DNA from: Candidatus Bathyarchaeia archaeon
Lineage (GTDB): Archaea; Thermoproteota; Bathyarchaeia; Bathyarchaeales; Bathycorpusculaceae
DNA: 64,000 nucleotides
Direction of reading: 5' to 3'
Assembly (NCBI GenBank): GCA_038882955.1
Contig: JAVZNC010000003.1
Span: 64,001 to 128,000 of the forward strand
Under the pieces are notes generated by a model. It was given only the letters and a program-made list of their open reading frames with translations, did no database searches and had not been told where the DNA came from. Both the position numbers and the translations under genes were made by a program. This document shows, piece after piece, positions 31,715 to 42,076 of this stretch (its first letter is position 1; each line of letters begins with the position of its first letter).

Positions 31715-31890
31715 TTTCAGACCTAACGCTTGTGAGCATGTCAGGTCTACATTTTTGTCCCCGCAATTGGAGGCCAACCATCCTCATCCTTTAGGGCGTC
31801 AGTGCGCCTTTTTAGTTGGGGTTGAGCCGCCGCCGTATAATTGCGGGACTACTTTTCATTCGCCAAAATGAATTTGAAGGCGTCAAAAGC

Positions 31891-31906
31891 AATATAAATG
31901 TTTCTT
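31891..31906 (-). promoter_or_regulatory. BRE/TATA candidate for the 16S gene
   Basis: AAGAAACATTTATATT on minus strand upstream of the leader. Confidence 0.5.
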
Positions 31907-31912
31907 TCCAGC

Positions 31913-32664
31913 CTAATATAGGTTATTATTTGAGCTTAAACAATTTTTAAGAATTTGTGGGATTTCGATTAGGTGGGTGATTATCTTGTCTGGTTTAAAG
32001 TCATGGTTTCCTTCAGCCGCGACGTTCTCTCTTCTCTTTATCAATATTGTTCTCATTCCAACACTTTTAGGTCCAGCCACATCTAAATTGGGCATGTCGC
32101 CAACAAAGACAGTTTTATTGGCTTCTACGCCTAATTCCTTTAGGGCTTTTTCAAAGATTTCGCGGCTTGGCTTGCGCTTGTTTATTTCTCCGCTTATTAA
32201 AATGACGCTGAAGTACCTTCTTAAACTGAATTTTTCAAGGAGTTTCCAGCCGCATTCTGGTATGGCAAGATTCGAAATTAGTCAAGTTTGTATTTTCCAT
32301 GAAGTTTTTGTAGGACGCTGATGGCTTCTTCATCTAAGCGTATATAATGCATAAACTCATCAGTGAAAGACTTTGTGGCTTCAACGATAATTGGATTTTC
32401 TGTTTCGATGTTGTAGCCAAACTTCGCAAGCGTCTGCGAGATTCTCACGTTAAAGTGCGGCTCATCTAGAGACTCGCGTGATTCAGAGTAAAGCCTATCC
32501 CTTACTTCAAAGTAGACTTTAACGAAGTCTTCAAAAAGAACTTTTACACCGTTTTTAAGCAAGGATTCGTGCAGCTTTTTTAAGGATGGAATGTAGAAGG
32601 CTTCGCCTCCCTCTATTATCACCAGCGTGTCAAACAGATCAAAGAGTACAGCTTCAACTTGCAT
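31913..32664 (-). pseudogene. HAD-family hydrolase split by a single-base frameshift near 32282
   Basis: FDLFDTL motif I in 32278-32664; LISN, KRKP, FVGD...D continue in another frame; ctt gac taa would read ctt gga cta with one extra G. Confidence 0.8.
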
Positions 32665-32699
32665 TTTGTTTCCTTATTTCAAGTGTTTGGATCGGGCCT

Positions 32700-34097
32700 T
32701 TAAAATGGTTTTTGTTTTGTGTGCCAGTTTCCCTTGTCGCCTATTACATAGTATGCTATGCTTGTTAGACGGGCTGTTATGTTTATGAACCTTATTATTG
32801 GGTAGAATGGCGTGTAGAAGAGCAACGCCCTATAATTGTGATTGTTGTAGGCGTATTTTAGGGCTATAGCTTGGTTTGCAACGCCTATGATTAAGCCGTA
32901 TGGCGCAAAGATTAGAAGGTTCAGGATGAAGTGGATGCGGTCTGGGGCGAACCAGAAGATGAACGGAAACGCGGTTATTGCGGCTAGGTCTATGAGTGCG
33001 CCCCCATACTCGAATATGTAGCAGTACCATAACAGAAGCGTTAGCCAAGACTTTTTTAGGAGCAGGTCTCTATGGATTTCAAGTGTGTTGTGGAGCCATC
33101 CAGTGAACCATCTTAGTCTTTGGCTCCATAAAACGCTTAGTGTGGTTGGGGCGACTGTTATGCTTTTGGCTGTGCTTACGTAGCCAACATTCATGCCTCT
33201 CTTGTGCATTTCTAGGGTTATTTCTAAATCGTCTGTGACCGAGCGCAGGTTTTTTTCGGCGAAGATTTTGCGCAGTGTTTCCGCGTCGTATAAGCCTATT
33301 GCCCCAGAGACAACGAGAACTTTGTCGCCTAGGGACTGGGCGCAACGTGCTATTCCTAAGCCTTGGCTGTATTCGAGCTGTTGGAGAATAATGTATGGGC
33401 TTGTTTCTTCATCGCCATCCGTTGGGTGCACATAGCCTGTCACAGCCTTTTTTCCGTTTAGCAGCATGTAATCAACAAGCTTGACAAGTGTGCTCGGTGT
33501 CCAGCAAGAGTCAGCGTCAACTATGGCTATTAGGCTTCCAAGAGCCTTGCCAACTCCAGTTTTCACGGCTTCGATTTTGCCAATGTTGGATGTGTGTCTA
33601 ACAATTTTTGCGCGGGTTGCTGGATGCCTTTTGCGGTTAAGTTCTATTGTTGCCCAAGCAACCTCGTATGTGTAATCTGTGCTCCCGTCATCCACAACTA
33701 TAATTTCGCATAAGCCATCGTATTTTTCTGCACATTTGAATAGGCTGTTTATGCAACACGAAATCTTTTCTTCCTCGTTATATGCTGGGACAATAAAGGA
33801 AACCATTGGATAACTGGGCTTTTTAATTCTGCCTTGCTTAATTCGCGTGTACGTGGCGATTAAAGCCCAAACTCCAGCAACGCCAATAGCCAAGAACGTG
33901 TACCATGCATAAAAGAAGTTTGTAATGGCAAGCCACAATGGGCTTGGGGGCTGCTGCGGCGCTGAATAGTTGAAGATTTGTGTTGTAAGCCAGTTTGCGA
34001 GGATTGGGAAGAAGCGCCATGAGGCATAAGCCAGAACAAACGGTAGGCAAAGCGTCAAATAGAAAAGCACGCGGTTTTCTGGCAGCCTTAACTTCAT
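32700..34097 (-). CDS. processive GT2 glycosyltransferase (cellulose synthase/PgaC-like)
   Basis: PAYNEE, DDGSTD, DAD, TDD, QRLRW motifs; flanking TM helices. Confidence 0.9.
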   Translation of the reverse strand: MKLRLPENRVLFYLTLCLPFVLAYASWRFFPILANWLTTQIFNYSAPQQPPSPLWLAITNFFYAWYTFLAIGVAGVWALIATYTRIKQGRIKKPSYPMVSFIVPAYNEEEKISCCINSLFKCAEKYDGLCEIIVVDDGSTDYTYEVAWATIELNRKRHPATRAKIVRHTSNIGKIEAVKTGVGKALGSLIAIVDADSCWTPSTLVKLVDYMLLNGKKAVTGYVHPTDGDEETSPYIILQQLEYSQGLGIARCAQSLGDKVLVVSGAIGLYDAETLRKIFAEKNLRSVTDDLEITLEMHKRGMNVGYVSTAKSITVAPTTLSVLWSQRLRWFTGWLHNTLEIHRDLLLKKSWLTLLLWYCYIFEYGGALIDLAAITAFPFIFWFAPDRIHFILNLLIFAPYGLIIGVANQAIALKYAYNNHNYRALLFYTPFYPIIRFINITARLTSIAYYVIGDKGNWHTKQKPF

Positions 34098-34300
34098 TTG
34101 GCTTGTCCTCTAAACGCAGTTTAAGGGTGAGGGTCTCCTCCTTCCTCAAAAAGGGAAGATAGTTTACATGGGATAAAGCGTGTATTCCCATCCTGACAAT
34201 ATTTCAAAACGAGAAGATTAATATCCAAATTTTATATGATAGTTTAAAAATGCACAAAATGCCCACAACAAATCATAAGCCAATTTAAGGTGAAAGACGC

Positions 34301-35128
34301 TTGACAGAAGACCTATCAAGGCACTACACGCTGTTACGAGACCCAGCGCGAAGAAAAATAATCGAAATACTTGGCACGCAAGAAAAAATTGGATTCAAAG
34401 AGCTCCGAGAAATGCTTGGACTCGGTGTAGGCACCGTGTACTATCACTTGGATATGCTGTCAGACTTTATAACGCAAGATAAACAACGCAAGTATAGGCT
34501 TAACGACCGCGGACAAGCCTTGTACAGAGTTCTAAAGGAAGGCAGCATTCCAACAACATTGGACATTAGCGTAACCTTTAGCAGTAAAATTGCGAGATGG
34601 TTGTTTTTGTCCCCTCTCTTTGCGAAAACCGCAAAACCCTTTGCACTCATACCATCAATAGCGATATTGTTACTGGGAGCTTTTGGTGCAGCTCAAGCCA
34701 AGCTTGAACCAGCTTTGTTCTTTTATACGTCCCCCTACTCCACCTACAGCCAATTTAGCATAATTTTCATGTACATCTTCGGCTGGGTTGGCTTGTTCTT
34801 GTTTGTGGAAATTCTAACATCTCTCATTTATAGGAGATTTGGAAATGAACTGCAACTTTTTGCTTGCATAAACTTGGCGGCTTTTCCACTCGCGGCATTT
34901 CCATACATTTACATCGCTGTCTCCACCATGCTACCAACACTAGGAAGCATAGAACTAAATGCAATTATGCAGTACGTGCAAATCGCTCTTCAAATTTGGA
35001 GCCTTCTTTTGGTGACAGCAGCCATATGTTTTGGGAAAGGAATAAGGTTAGATAAGGCTTTTATGACAAGCTTGTCCGCCATGTATTTGAACATGTTAAT
35101 TCTGTTCCTGCTTGGTGCTTTTAAGTAG
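34301..35128 (+). CDS. ArsR-like wHTH fused to a multi-pass membrane domain
   Basis: LRDPARRKII...VGTVYYHL...YRLNDRG followed by about five TM helices. Confidence 0.85.
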   Translation: MTEDLSRHYTLLRDPARRKIIEILGTQEKIGFKELREMLGLGVGTVYYHLDMLSDFITQDKQRKYRLNDRGQALYRVLKEGSIPTTLDISVTFSSKIARWLFLSPLFAKTAKPFALIPSIAILLLGAFGAAQAKLEPALFFYTSPYSTYSQFSIIFMYIFGWVGLFLFVEILTSLIYRRFGNELQLFACINLAAFPLAAFPYIYIAVSTMLPTLGSIELNAIMQYVQIALQIWSLLLVTAAICFGKGIRLDKAFMTSLSAMYLNMLILFLLGAFK

Positions 35129-35139
35129 AGTCTACATGA

Positions 35140-35159
35140 AGTTCTAGAAAACTAGAACT
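35140..35159. promoter_or_regulatory. perfect inverted repeat AGTTCTAG-N4-CTAGAACT, candidate operator
   Basis: 8-bp arms about 80 nt upstream of the 35239 gene. Confidence 0.55.
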
Positions 35160-35238
35160 CTTATGAGGCTTGTTTCGGGTTTTTTAGAAGCGTTTTCCTT
35201 AATAAGCTGTTTAATGAAGTTATTTTCGGTGAAAAACC

Positions 35239-36621
35239 GTGAAAATCGGAAAAAACAAAATATTGGCTTCAACTCTTGCCTTGCTAATGGCACTACCAAT
35301 TGCCGCTATGGCGTTTCCAAAAGCCGACGCCGAAACCAGTTGGTCAAATGTTGAAGTTGGTCCAGTAGAGCCAGTAATGGAAGGAATATGGTGCAAGTTT
35401 GAGACTCCACTAATTACGTTGATCTTTCCTGCTAAAGGGACGAAGCCTATGTTCTTATGGTGGTACACAAACGACAACAGCACAATATACGTAGTGAAGT
35501 TCCAGGGAGTAATCGAATACCTAATAATGGATAAGCCATATTATCAAAAGCGTTTCCAAGCGGACAATACAACCATAAATTCATTGTTATGGGGCAATTA
35601 CATCGAACCAGCGCTTCGTTCAAGATATAAATACGGCTACCCACAATATAATCAAGCTGCTACCAGATTCTTAGGGATTTTGCTCGGGTTACATAACGCC
35701 TATTTGCCGTTCAGCGCTTGCAACTGGACCCTCACACCACCAGAACTCGTAGTAAACGGCAATTCTTCCTACTGGGCGTTCAGCTTTAAGCTTGCTGAAG
35801 TGTTTGGCCATCAGAGATTTACACTTGCAGAAAATAACATCGAGATAAGGTGCAGGTTCTATAACACAACAACCACTGAAATACCCGATGCAAACAATCC
35901 TGACTATAACTATACTGTTGCAGCCGGACAGTTGAAATTCGACTTTGTTGTGCACAAATGGAAATGGAACATAGACGCAATCAACGAGTTTCTCGATGAT
36001 TATGGGATAACAATACCAGTGAACAGAACAGGCTTGGCATTGTGGATTAACATGGCTTCGATAAAACTTGAAAACATGACAACTGCTCAAAATGAAGTTC
36101 AATATGAAGCAGAGCATCATGTAGAAGCACAGGTGCAAGTCGAAAATGGAGCAAGCATGCAAAATGCAATGATAGGCGGCGATTACTGTGTTGCAAGCCA
36201 AAACGAGACAAACCAGGATGAAAAACCAGTTCAAGCAACGTTACAGCTCAGAGAAAGATTCAGAGAACGCGTAAGAGCCTACTTTGCATGCGGAAAAACT
36301 GATGTCCCAGTTGGGTTCCTAGAGTTTGTTCCATGGGCAAGACTTCTCGACGAAAGTGGCAACACAGTAAACTTCACCGATGTCACAGCGTCCTATATTG
36401 CTGCTGGCGGTTACGTGAGATTATTCATTTGCTATCCATACTTTGGAAACTACACGCTTGAACATGATCCAACAATAGGACTTGAAATGGCTCCACCAAA
36501 TCCATCACTCATCGGACCTGGAGTAATAATCATTCTGCTAGGCGCCACTATAGCTATCGCTGTCGTCGTGGCTGCTGTCAAGTTGCATAAGAAGACCGTA
36601 AACATCGTTAACGTTCAATAA
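35239..36621 (+). CDS. secreted, C-terminally anchored surface glycoprotein of unknown function
   Basis: Signal peptide, many N-x-S/T sites, HDPTIG before a C-terminal TM and basic tail. Confidence 0.8.
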   Translation: MKIGKNKILASTLALLMALPIAAMAFPKADAETSWSNVEVGPVEPVMEGIWCKFETPLITLIFPAKGTKPMFLWWYTNDNSTIYVVKFQGVIEYLIMDKPYYQKRFQADNTTINSLLWGNYIEPALRSRYKYGYPQYNQAATRFLGILLGLHNAYLPFSACNWTLTPPELVVNGNSSYWAFSFKLAEVFGHQRFTLAENNIEIRCRFYNTTTTEIPDANNPDYNYTVAAGQLKFDFVVHKWKWNIDAINEFLDDYGITIPVNRTGLALWINMASIKLENMTTAQNEVQYEAEHHVEAQVQVENGASMQNAMIGGDYCVASQNETNQDEKPVQATLQLRERFRERVRAYFACGKTDVPVGFLEFVPWARLLDESGNTVNFTDVTASYIAAGGYVRLFICYPYFGNYTLEHDPTIGLEMAPPNPSLIGPGVIIILLGATIAIAVVVAAVKLHKKTVNIVNVQ

Positions 36622-36645
36622 CACTCACCATCTTTTTCTTTTTGT

Positions 36646-36900
36646 TTGTTGCATTTTTTGGGAGTAAAAGTTTATATGGAGTATTGCTATACAATAAATC
36701 GCTGTAAGGAGACTTCCAAACAAATGAAACAAAACAAAAACGTCGACGAAATTAGGTGGCGGGTAGTAAAAGCCATGCTTGAAGAATTCCCATCACTAAG
36801 AGTCAGAGTCCAGGAATATCTCAAAGAAAGGGAGAAAAAGGGAAAAGCGAACACAACCCAAATTTTGGCTTTAATCCCAAAAGACAAACGCGAAAAATAA
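36646..36900 (+). CDS. small basic hypothetical protein (start likely ATG near 36724)
   Basis: Amphipathic DEIRWRVVKAMLEEFPSLRVRVQEYL segment. Confidence 0.45.
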   Translation: MLHFLGVKVYMEYCYTINRCKETSKQMKQNKNVDEIRWRVVKAMLEEFPSLRVRVQEYLKEREKKGKANTTQILALIPKDKREK

Positions 36901-37187
36901 CGTTTTTCATATGGTTCTTGCGCGGTAATCGCTGAAATAGGGGATTTCCTCTTCAACCTCAATTTTGAAGCCAGAACACGCCAAAAAATCTTTCACCCTA
37001 TCAAAATCGCAACGTCGCTGTTAACTCTGAAGAAGTATTCTTCACCCAAAATGACGCCTCTAGAAAATTCACGGCAACCATCGAATTTTTAGAATGTATA
37101 TTGCCAAAAGCCCTATTCAAAGTCTCTAATAAGTTTGATGAGGCGCTTTCATCGCTGTTCAAACGAAAGCCTTTAAAATAAGTTCAT

Positions 37188-37682
37188 GTGGATGCAGTTT
37201 TAGATGATTATATGAAAGAAAATTTGCATCCTTATGTAGTTTTTCTTCCATCAGAAGAAAAGGAGAAAATCCTACATGCAATATTCGGCTCAAAGGCAGC
37301 CTTCGAAATCCTAAAATTCTCACTGACACAGGGAATTTCAAAGGAAATTTACCAAAAAGACCTTGTGCAAAAACTGCCATACTCAAACAAGACAATAATT
37401 GAAAACCTTAAAACGCTAACAAACCTCGGAGTTGTCGAAGAAGGCATGAAGAAAACAGAGAAGGAAGGGCGGACAATTTGGGTTAAAGCCTATAGGCTTT
37501 CAGACGTTGGAAGGTGGTTTGCACTTTTAATCGCCGAAGAAAAAGATTTGTCTCAAAAGGAAAAGGCGGATATATTACAGACAATATTTAGAACGTACGT
37601 AAAATGGGTGAAAGATCTGTCTGAAAAACTGCATGTTGACAAAGGCACTTTAACAAAAATCTTTATGGAAGAAATACGATAA
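37188..37682 (+). CDS. winged-helix protein
   Basis: IYQKDLVQKLPYSNKTIIENLKTL...YRLSDVGR. Confidence 0.75.
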   Translation: MDAVLDDYMKENLHPYVVFLPSEEKEKILHAIFGSKAAFEILKFSLTQGISKEIYQKDLVQKLPYSNKTIIENLKTLTNLGVVEEGMKKTEKEGRTIWVKAYRLSDVGRWFALLIAEEKDLSQKEKADILQTIFRTYVKWVKDLSEKLHVDKGTLTKIFMEEIR

Positions 37683-37695
37683 GGGAGCAAACAAA

Positions 37696-38226
37696 ATGAA
37701 AAAGCCAGCTGTCATCGCGATCATCGGAAGCAAAAGTTCAGGAAAAACAACAACAATAGAAGCCCTAACAAGAGAACTCACAAAAAGAGGCTATAAGGTA
37801 GCTGCTGTAAAACACATTCCAGAACCAAACTTCACAATGGACACCGTTGGAAAGGACACTTGGCGGTTTGCAAAGGCAGGAGCAAAAACCATAATCAGCG
37901 TGACTTCAAACGAGATAGCAACAATAGAAAAGACTGAAGGAAATTTTACACTGGATGAAATTTTGCAGAAATGCAGAAAACATAATTTTGTTTTAATAGA
38001 AGGTTTCAGAAACCTTGTAAGCAAAAATAGTGCAGTACCCAAAATTGTGACAGTCAAATCCGCAGAAGAAGTTCTGGAGGCTCAAAGGATTTTCAACCCA
38101 ATCATCGCTTTCACCGGACCTTACTCACCCAAAAACCTAAAACTGGAAATCCCATACATTGACGTACTTAAAAATCCAGAAAAAATTGCGGATATAGCAG
38201 AGGCAGCGGCAAAAAAGTGTTTTTGA
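37696..38226 (+). CDS. mobB: molybdopterin-guanine dinucleotide biosynthesis protein B
   Basis: GSKSSGKTT, VKH, DTVGKDTWRF, LIEGF. Confidence 0.9.
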   Translation: MKKPAVIAIIGSKSSGKTTTIEALTRELTKRGYKVAAVKHIPEPNFTMDTVGKDTWRFAKAGAKTIISVTSNEIATIEKTEGNFTLDEILQKCRKHNFVLIEGFRNLVSKNSAVPKIVTVKSAEEVLEAQRIFNPIIAFTGPYSPKNLKLEIPYIDVLKNPEKIADIAEAAAKKCF

Positions 38227-38360
38227 GAGCTTTGCGAAACTGTGTTGGGTTTGTGGGGTTTAGAGATTTTGTTGGAGGGGAGAAAGGAGAGTTGCAATAA
38301 AAATAAGAACAAAACGCTCTAAACCTTTCCACCCAACATCCAATTCACAAAGCCCTCCCA

Positions 38361-39530
38361 TTAAAGTGCTTTGAAAGCCTCAAACCACCTATTATATAAG
38401 CCCAGCATTTCGAGGGATACGCTTGGCTTTCTATCCTCTAATATTTGCCTAAAATCATCCATCGTTAAAAGTCTAGGCTTCGCCTGTTTGTTAATCGCTT
38501 GACCAGACTCAAAGAATTCCCCTATAACCTTCAACTGGGCTGCTTGGCAGACGTCCCTTATGTCGCTTCCAGAAAAACCTTCTGAAAGCCTAGCCAACTC
38601 ATGCAAGTCAACATCTTCCGCCAGCCTCAAATTATTTGTGTAAAGCTTAAACATCATCAAACGTGTGTGATGGTCTGGGAGTGGCACAAGAATTCTTTTC
38701 TGGAAGCGCCTTATGAAAGCCCAGTCCAAGTCCCAAGGCTTGTTTGTGGCGCCGATAACATAAACATGCAGCTTCTTGCCCTTGTCAACAACGCCATCCA
38801 TCTCCTTCAGGAACTGGTTTCTAACGCGAACTTCTCCCCCAACCTCGTTAGAGTGCTTACCCATCAAAGAATCCAGCTCATCAATAAAGACTATTGCCGG
38901 TTTTCCGTTGTTAGCTGACTTTCTGGCAGAATTGAAAAGCTTGGCAACGTTCTGTTCAGCCTCGCCAAGCCACTTCGACATTATCGAAGCCGCATCAATG
39001 GAGATGAAAGTTGCATCTATCTCCGTGGCGACAGCCGCAGCCAGCAAGGTCTTCCCACAACCAGGAGGACCAAATAGGAGGATTCCCCTAGGCCATCCAA
39101 GTGGGAATAGGTCTGGTCTCTGAACTGGATAGACTATTGCTTCTTTTACGGCTTTCTTTGCACTTTCGAGTCCGACAACTTCATCCCACTTCACGTTAGG
39201 CTTTTCCGTCACAACGAGCTCTTCGTAGCTTGACTTCCCCTCTTCTGTTGTTTTTGCGCCTTCAGCGCCTTTCTCCTCTTGCGGTTGAAATGGCACAACT
39301 GCACCCTGCAGCGCCTTTATTCTCTCTTGGTAGGCTATTGCCCTTTGTATGTAAATCTTGTTCAGACTGTATTCGGGGTAAAGCTGAACAAGTTTTAGGA
39401 GACTTTCAATTGCCTTCTGGTACATTGTTATTGCCATACCCTTTGAGCCTTGCTTGTCAAGTCTAACAGCCTCCAACGCATACGCGGTTGCGTTTTTCTC
39501 CAACTCTTGGGAAGCGCTCATAATTTTCAC
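38361..39530 (-). CDS. cdvC: Vps4/CdvC AAA ATPase with MIT domain
   Basis: N-terminal MIT (AVRLDKQG...YQKAIE), GPPGCGKT, SKWLGE, IDELD, ATNKPWDLD. Confidence 0.93.
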   Translation of the reverse strand: MKIMSASQELEKNATAYALEAVRLDKQGSKGMAITMYQKAIESLLKLVQLYPEYSLNKIYIQRAIAYQERIKALQGAVVPFQPQEEKGAEGAKTTEEGKSSYEELVVTEKPNVKWDEVVGLESAKKAVKEAIVYPVQRPDLFPLGWPRGILLFGPPGCGKTLLAAAVATEIDATFISIDAASIMSKWLGEAEQNVAKLFNSARKSANNGKPAIVFIDELDSLMGKHSNEVGGEVRVRNQFLKEMDGVVDKGKKLHVYVIGATNKPWDLDWAFIRRFQKRILVPLPDHHTRLMMFKLYTNNLRLAEDVDLHELARLSEGFSGSDIRDVCQAAQLKVIGEFFESGQAINKQAKPRLLTMDDFRQILEDRKPSVSLEMLGLYNRWFEAFKAL

Positions 39531-40408
39531 CCCTCAGCCTTTAACTCAATCTTAATCTTACCTTTAGAACCCAAACTTTCAAGAGCCTTCTCAATTTCTT
39601 CACGTGAGGCTTTCAAATCAACAGAGCATCTTTTCATGTCAATTTCACCATTACACTTCTTAATATATTCAAGAAGTAAATCTTCCAAGGATGAATTTTC
39701 CACTTTAAGGGAAATTTCCTGAATTTCAGCTTTCCTAAAAGAAAGGAGGGTGGAAGAGTTCTTATCCGATTCTTCGATGTTTTCTTGGCTTAGCGCTTGC
39801 GAGCAATTGGCTGTCAAGGCGACGAGTTGCCTTAACGCAGCTTTTTCCTCTTGTGGGATTTCAAGGGTTGCGGGCGGTTCAGGGAGCTTTTCCGCGATTT
39901 TCCTTTCAAGGAAACCAGAAACCTCGTTTAGCACTTCTTCGCCTTCTGGTGTCTTTATGTTTACGGGTATTATAGACTCGTCTGCACTTATGCGCGTTGA
40001 ATGAAGCGTTTCGCTTATTTCTTCGCTGACCTTATTCAATTCAGCGCCAACATCAGGTAACAACTCAAAAAGTTGCTGCGAGACTCCTTGAAGAATTTTT
40101 AAAGCTGGCTTTAGATCGATAACTATGTCGCTTAATTCCCTTATAGTTTCAAGTCTGAGGATGACACGTTCAATAGCCAATTCCACGTTATAAAGGAACT
40201 TCAGAAGCTTTCGAACTTCAGCAATCTCATTAGCGCAGATTGCCGCTCTTTCTCTATTATTATTGTTTAAGGCATTAACGCATGTCTGGAAAAGTATTCT
40301 GTCTCGTTCTTTAAGTCTAAAACTTGCCTGTTCAAGCTTTCCATGCTGAACTTTAAGCGTTTGTATTGACTTAACAATTACTTCGCGGAGTGGAGGGCTG
40401 GAACGCAT
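39527..40408 (-). CDS. cdvB: ESCRT-III CdvB with C-terminal winged-helix
   Basis: Snf7 core (AAICANEIAEVRK...LERVILRLET-like), KLPEPP MIM2-like, C-terminal wH (LLEYIKKCNGEID...LGSKGKI). Confidence 0.88.
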   Translation of the reverse strand: MRSSPPLREVIVKSIQTLKVQHGKLEQASFRLKERDRILFQTCVNALNNNNRERAAICANEIAEVRKLLKFLYNVELAIERVILRLETIRELSDIVIDLKPALKILQGVSQQLFELLPDVGAELNKVSEEISETLHSTRISADESIIPVNIKTPEGEEVLNEVSGFLERKIAEKLPEPPATLEIPQEEKAALRQLVALTANCSQALSQENIEESDKNSSTLLSFRKAEIQEISLKVENSSLEDLLLEYIKKCNGEIDMKRCSVDLKASREEIEKALESLGSKGKIKIELKAEG

Positions 40409-40451
40409 AAATCCCTTAATAGCTTTTCCCTCCGCCCGCCTGTCCTCTACC

Positions 40452-41168
40452 TTACATTCCCACTTTTCCGATTTCCTTCACGTAAACAACAACTGGCGGT
40501 TCCGGAAGTTCAGGCGATGCTTCTGTTATGCTGGGTTTTGCGGTTTCCTCCACTTTTGGATTTGGAGTTTCTCCCAGCACAATGTTTGAGAGTTTGCTTT
40601 TCATCTGCTCCAAATCACTTTTCTCAGCGTTAACTCTCTTCAAGTTTTCCTGTATCAGCGAGAATGCTGTGCTATAGGATTGATCGTTGATTTGCCCTAT
40701 CTCATGTTCAATTTCAAGGTTTACGAGTGCATAATTAAGCTCTCTTGTTGCGTTTATGCACTTGGCAATTTCTTTGTCAATTTCATTTATCAACGCCTGT
40801 GCTTCGCCCTTAAGTTGGTTTAGTGCACCTTCAAAATTACTGTGGAGCTCTTGGTAGAGGTCCTCTGAAATCTTCTTCTTTTCAGCTAGGTCCTTAAGCG
40901 CTTGGTCCTTGCGCCACAAAAGCGGAATTTGATCGCAGAGAACATTCGTTCTCAACTTAATTTTAGATGTCAGTGTAACGTTGTCGCCGTCAAACTTCAA
41001 ATATTCAACAGAGTTTTTTAGGAATTTGCCGTCGCCAAGTTCAATATAAACCGCGTCAAATTTTCCACTTGGGGTTAAGGCGAAAGAAGCCACTTTTCCA
41101 ACTACACGCCCATATTCATCCTTGATGGGCTTCCCAATTGAGAGAAAGAAATTGGGGTTTTGCGACAT
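40452..41168 (-). CDS. cdvA: cell division protein CdvA
   Basis: PRC-barrel start IGKPIKDEYGRVVG, coiled coil, C-terminal PVVVYV. Confidence 0.85.
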   Translation of the reverse strand: MSQNPNFFLSIGKPIKDEYGRVVGKVASFALTPSGKFDAVYIELGDGKFLKNSVEYLKFDGDNVTLTSKIKLRTNVLCDQIPLLWRKDQALKDLAEKKKISEDLYQELHSNFEGALNQLKGEAQALINEIDKEIAKCINATRELNYALVNLEIEHEIGQINDQSYSTAFSLIQENLKRVNAEKSDLEQMKSKLSNIVLGETPNPKVEETAKPSITEASPELPEPPVVVYVKEIGKVGM

Positions 41169-41188
41169 GCCATCAATCCCTCCAGTTT

Positions 41189-41851
41189 TTAAGAGGTCTC
41201 CGTTGATTGCTTTTCTCCTATTGGGACTGTTGGTATTCCAGGCGGTAGCTCTGGGAACTTCTCCTTAATTCTCTGTTCTGCGACTGTCGCTGCTTCTGTG
41301 AGAATTTTCTGTGCATCCTCGTTCACGGCGTCAAAGTTAAGCGTCATTCCTGAACTTTGCCCAGCCTCGATCATTATGCCGCTTAGCAGATTTCCTATTT
41401 CGCCAAGCTCATTTTCTGCCTCTGGGAAAACGCTTGCAAGCCCAGCTCGCACGGATCTTAAAACGCCTACTGCTGGTCCGAGTGTTGATACGACATCTCC
41501 AAGTTCTGATACTGTTCGTAATCTTAATACTATTTGTTCAAGTGCGAGCCTAGCATTCATAATAAGCCTTTCCATTTTGCGTATTTCCGCTAACTCGTTT
41601 GCGAACACGTTTGCGCGTGCCGTGTCATGCTTAGTGTAAGCGTCAACTATCCTTGCGAATATCGCTTTGTCTCTTTGGCTAAACCTCTCTGTCGCTTGGT
41701 CCAGCTTCTGAATTTGAAGTTCAATGCGCCTAACAGCAAAGTCTAAGCGTGGCTTTAATGGACCTGGTGGTCTCACAGCGTCTTTGATGCGGTTTGTGAG
41801 TGGTTGCTCGTCTTTCTTGCTTTCCCATTTTCTACTAAATCGTTCAGACAA
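41189..41851 (-). CDS. ESCRT-III paralog (CdvB1/2-like); start TTG at 41851 rather than 41923
   Basis: Snf7 core (ANVFANELAEIRK, LEQIVLRL), FPELPP; GGAGG SD before MSERFSRKW. Confidence 0.88.
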   Translation of the reverse strand: MSERFSRKWESKKDEQPLTNRIKDAVRPPGPLKPRLDFAVRRIELQIQKLDQATERFSQRDKAIFARIVDAYTKHDTARANVFANELAEIRKMERLIMNARLALEQIVLRLRTVSELGDVVSTLGPAVGVLRSVRAGLASVFPEAENELGEIGNLLSGIMIEAGQSSGMTLNFDAVNEDAQKILTEAATVAEQRIKEKFPELPPGIPTVPIGEKQSTETS

Positions 41852-42076
41852 GTTTGTTCCTCCGAAAAAAGAGAGGGTGCGTGAAACTGTCTTATACATT
41901 TTTAATATGGTGGAAATATGCACGTATATACGTAGAGCTATATGTCAAAGCAAAATTGTTTTAGGCTTTAATTTTATAAAGTAAAGGTTATGCTGACCTT
42001 TTTCTGATAATAAACAAAAATATGTAAGTTAAGCTAAAAAGAGGCTTAAATTGAATTTAAACAAAGGTGAAAACAG

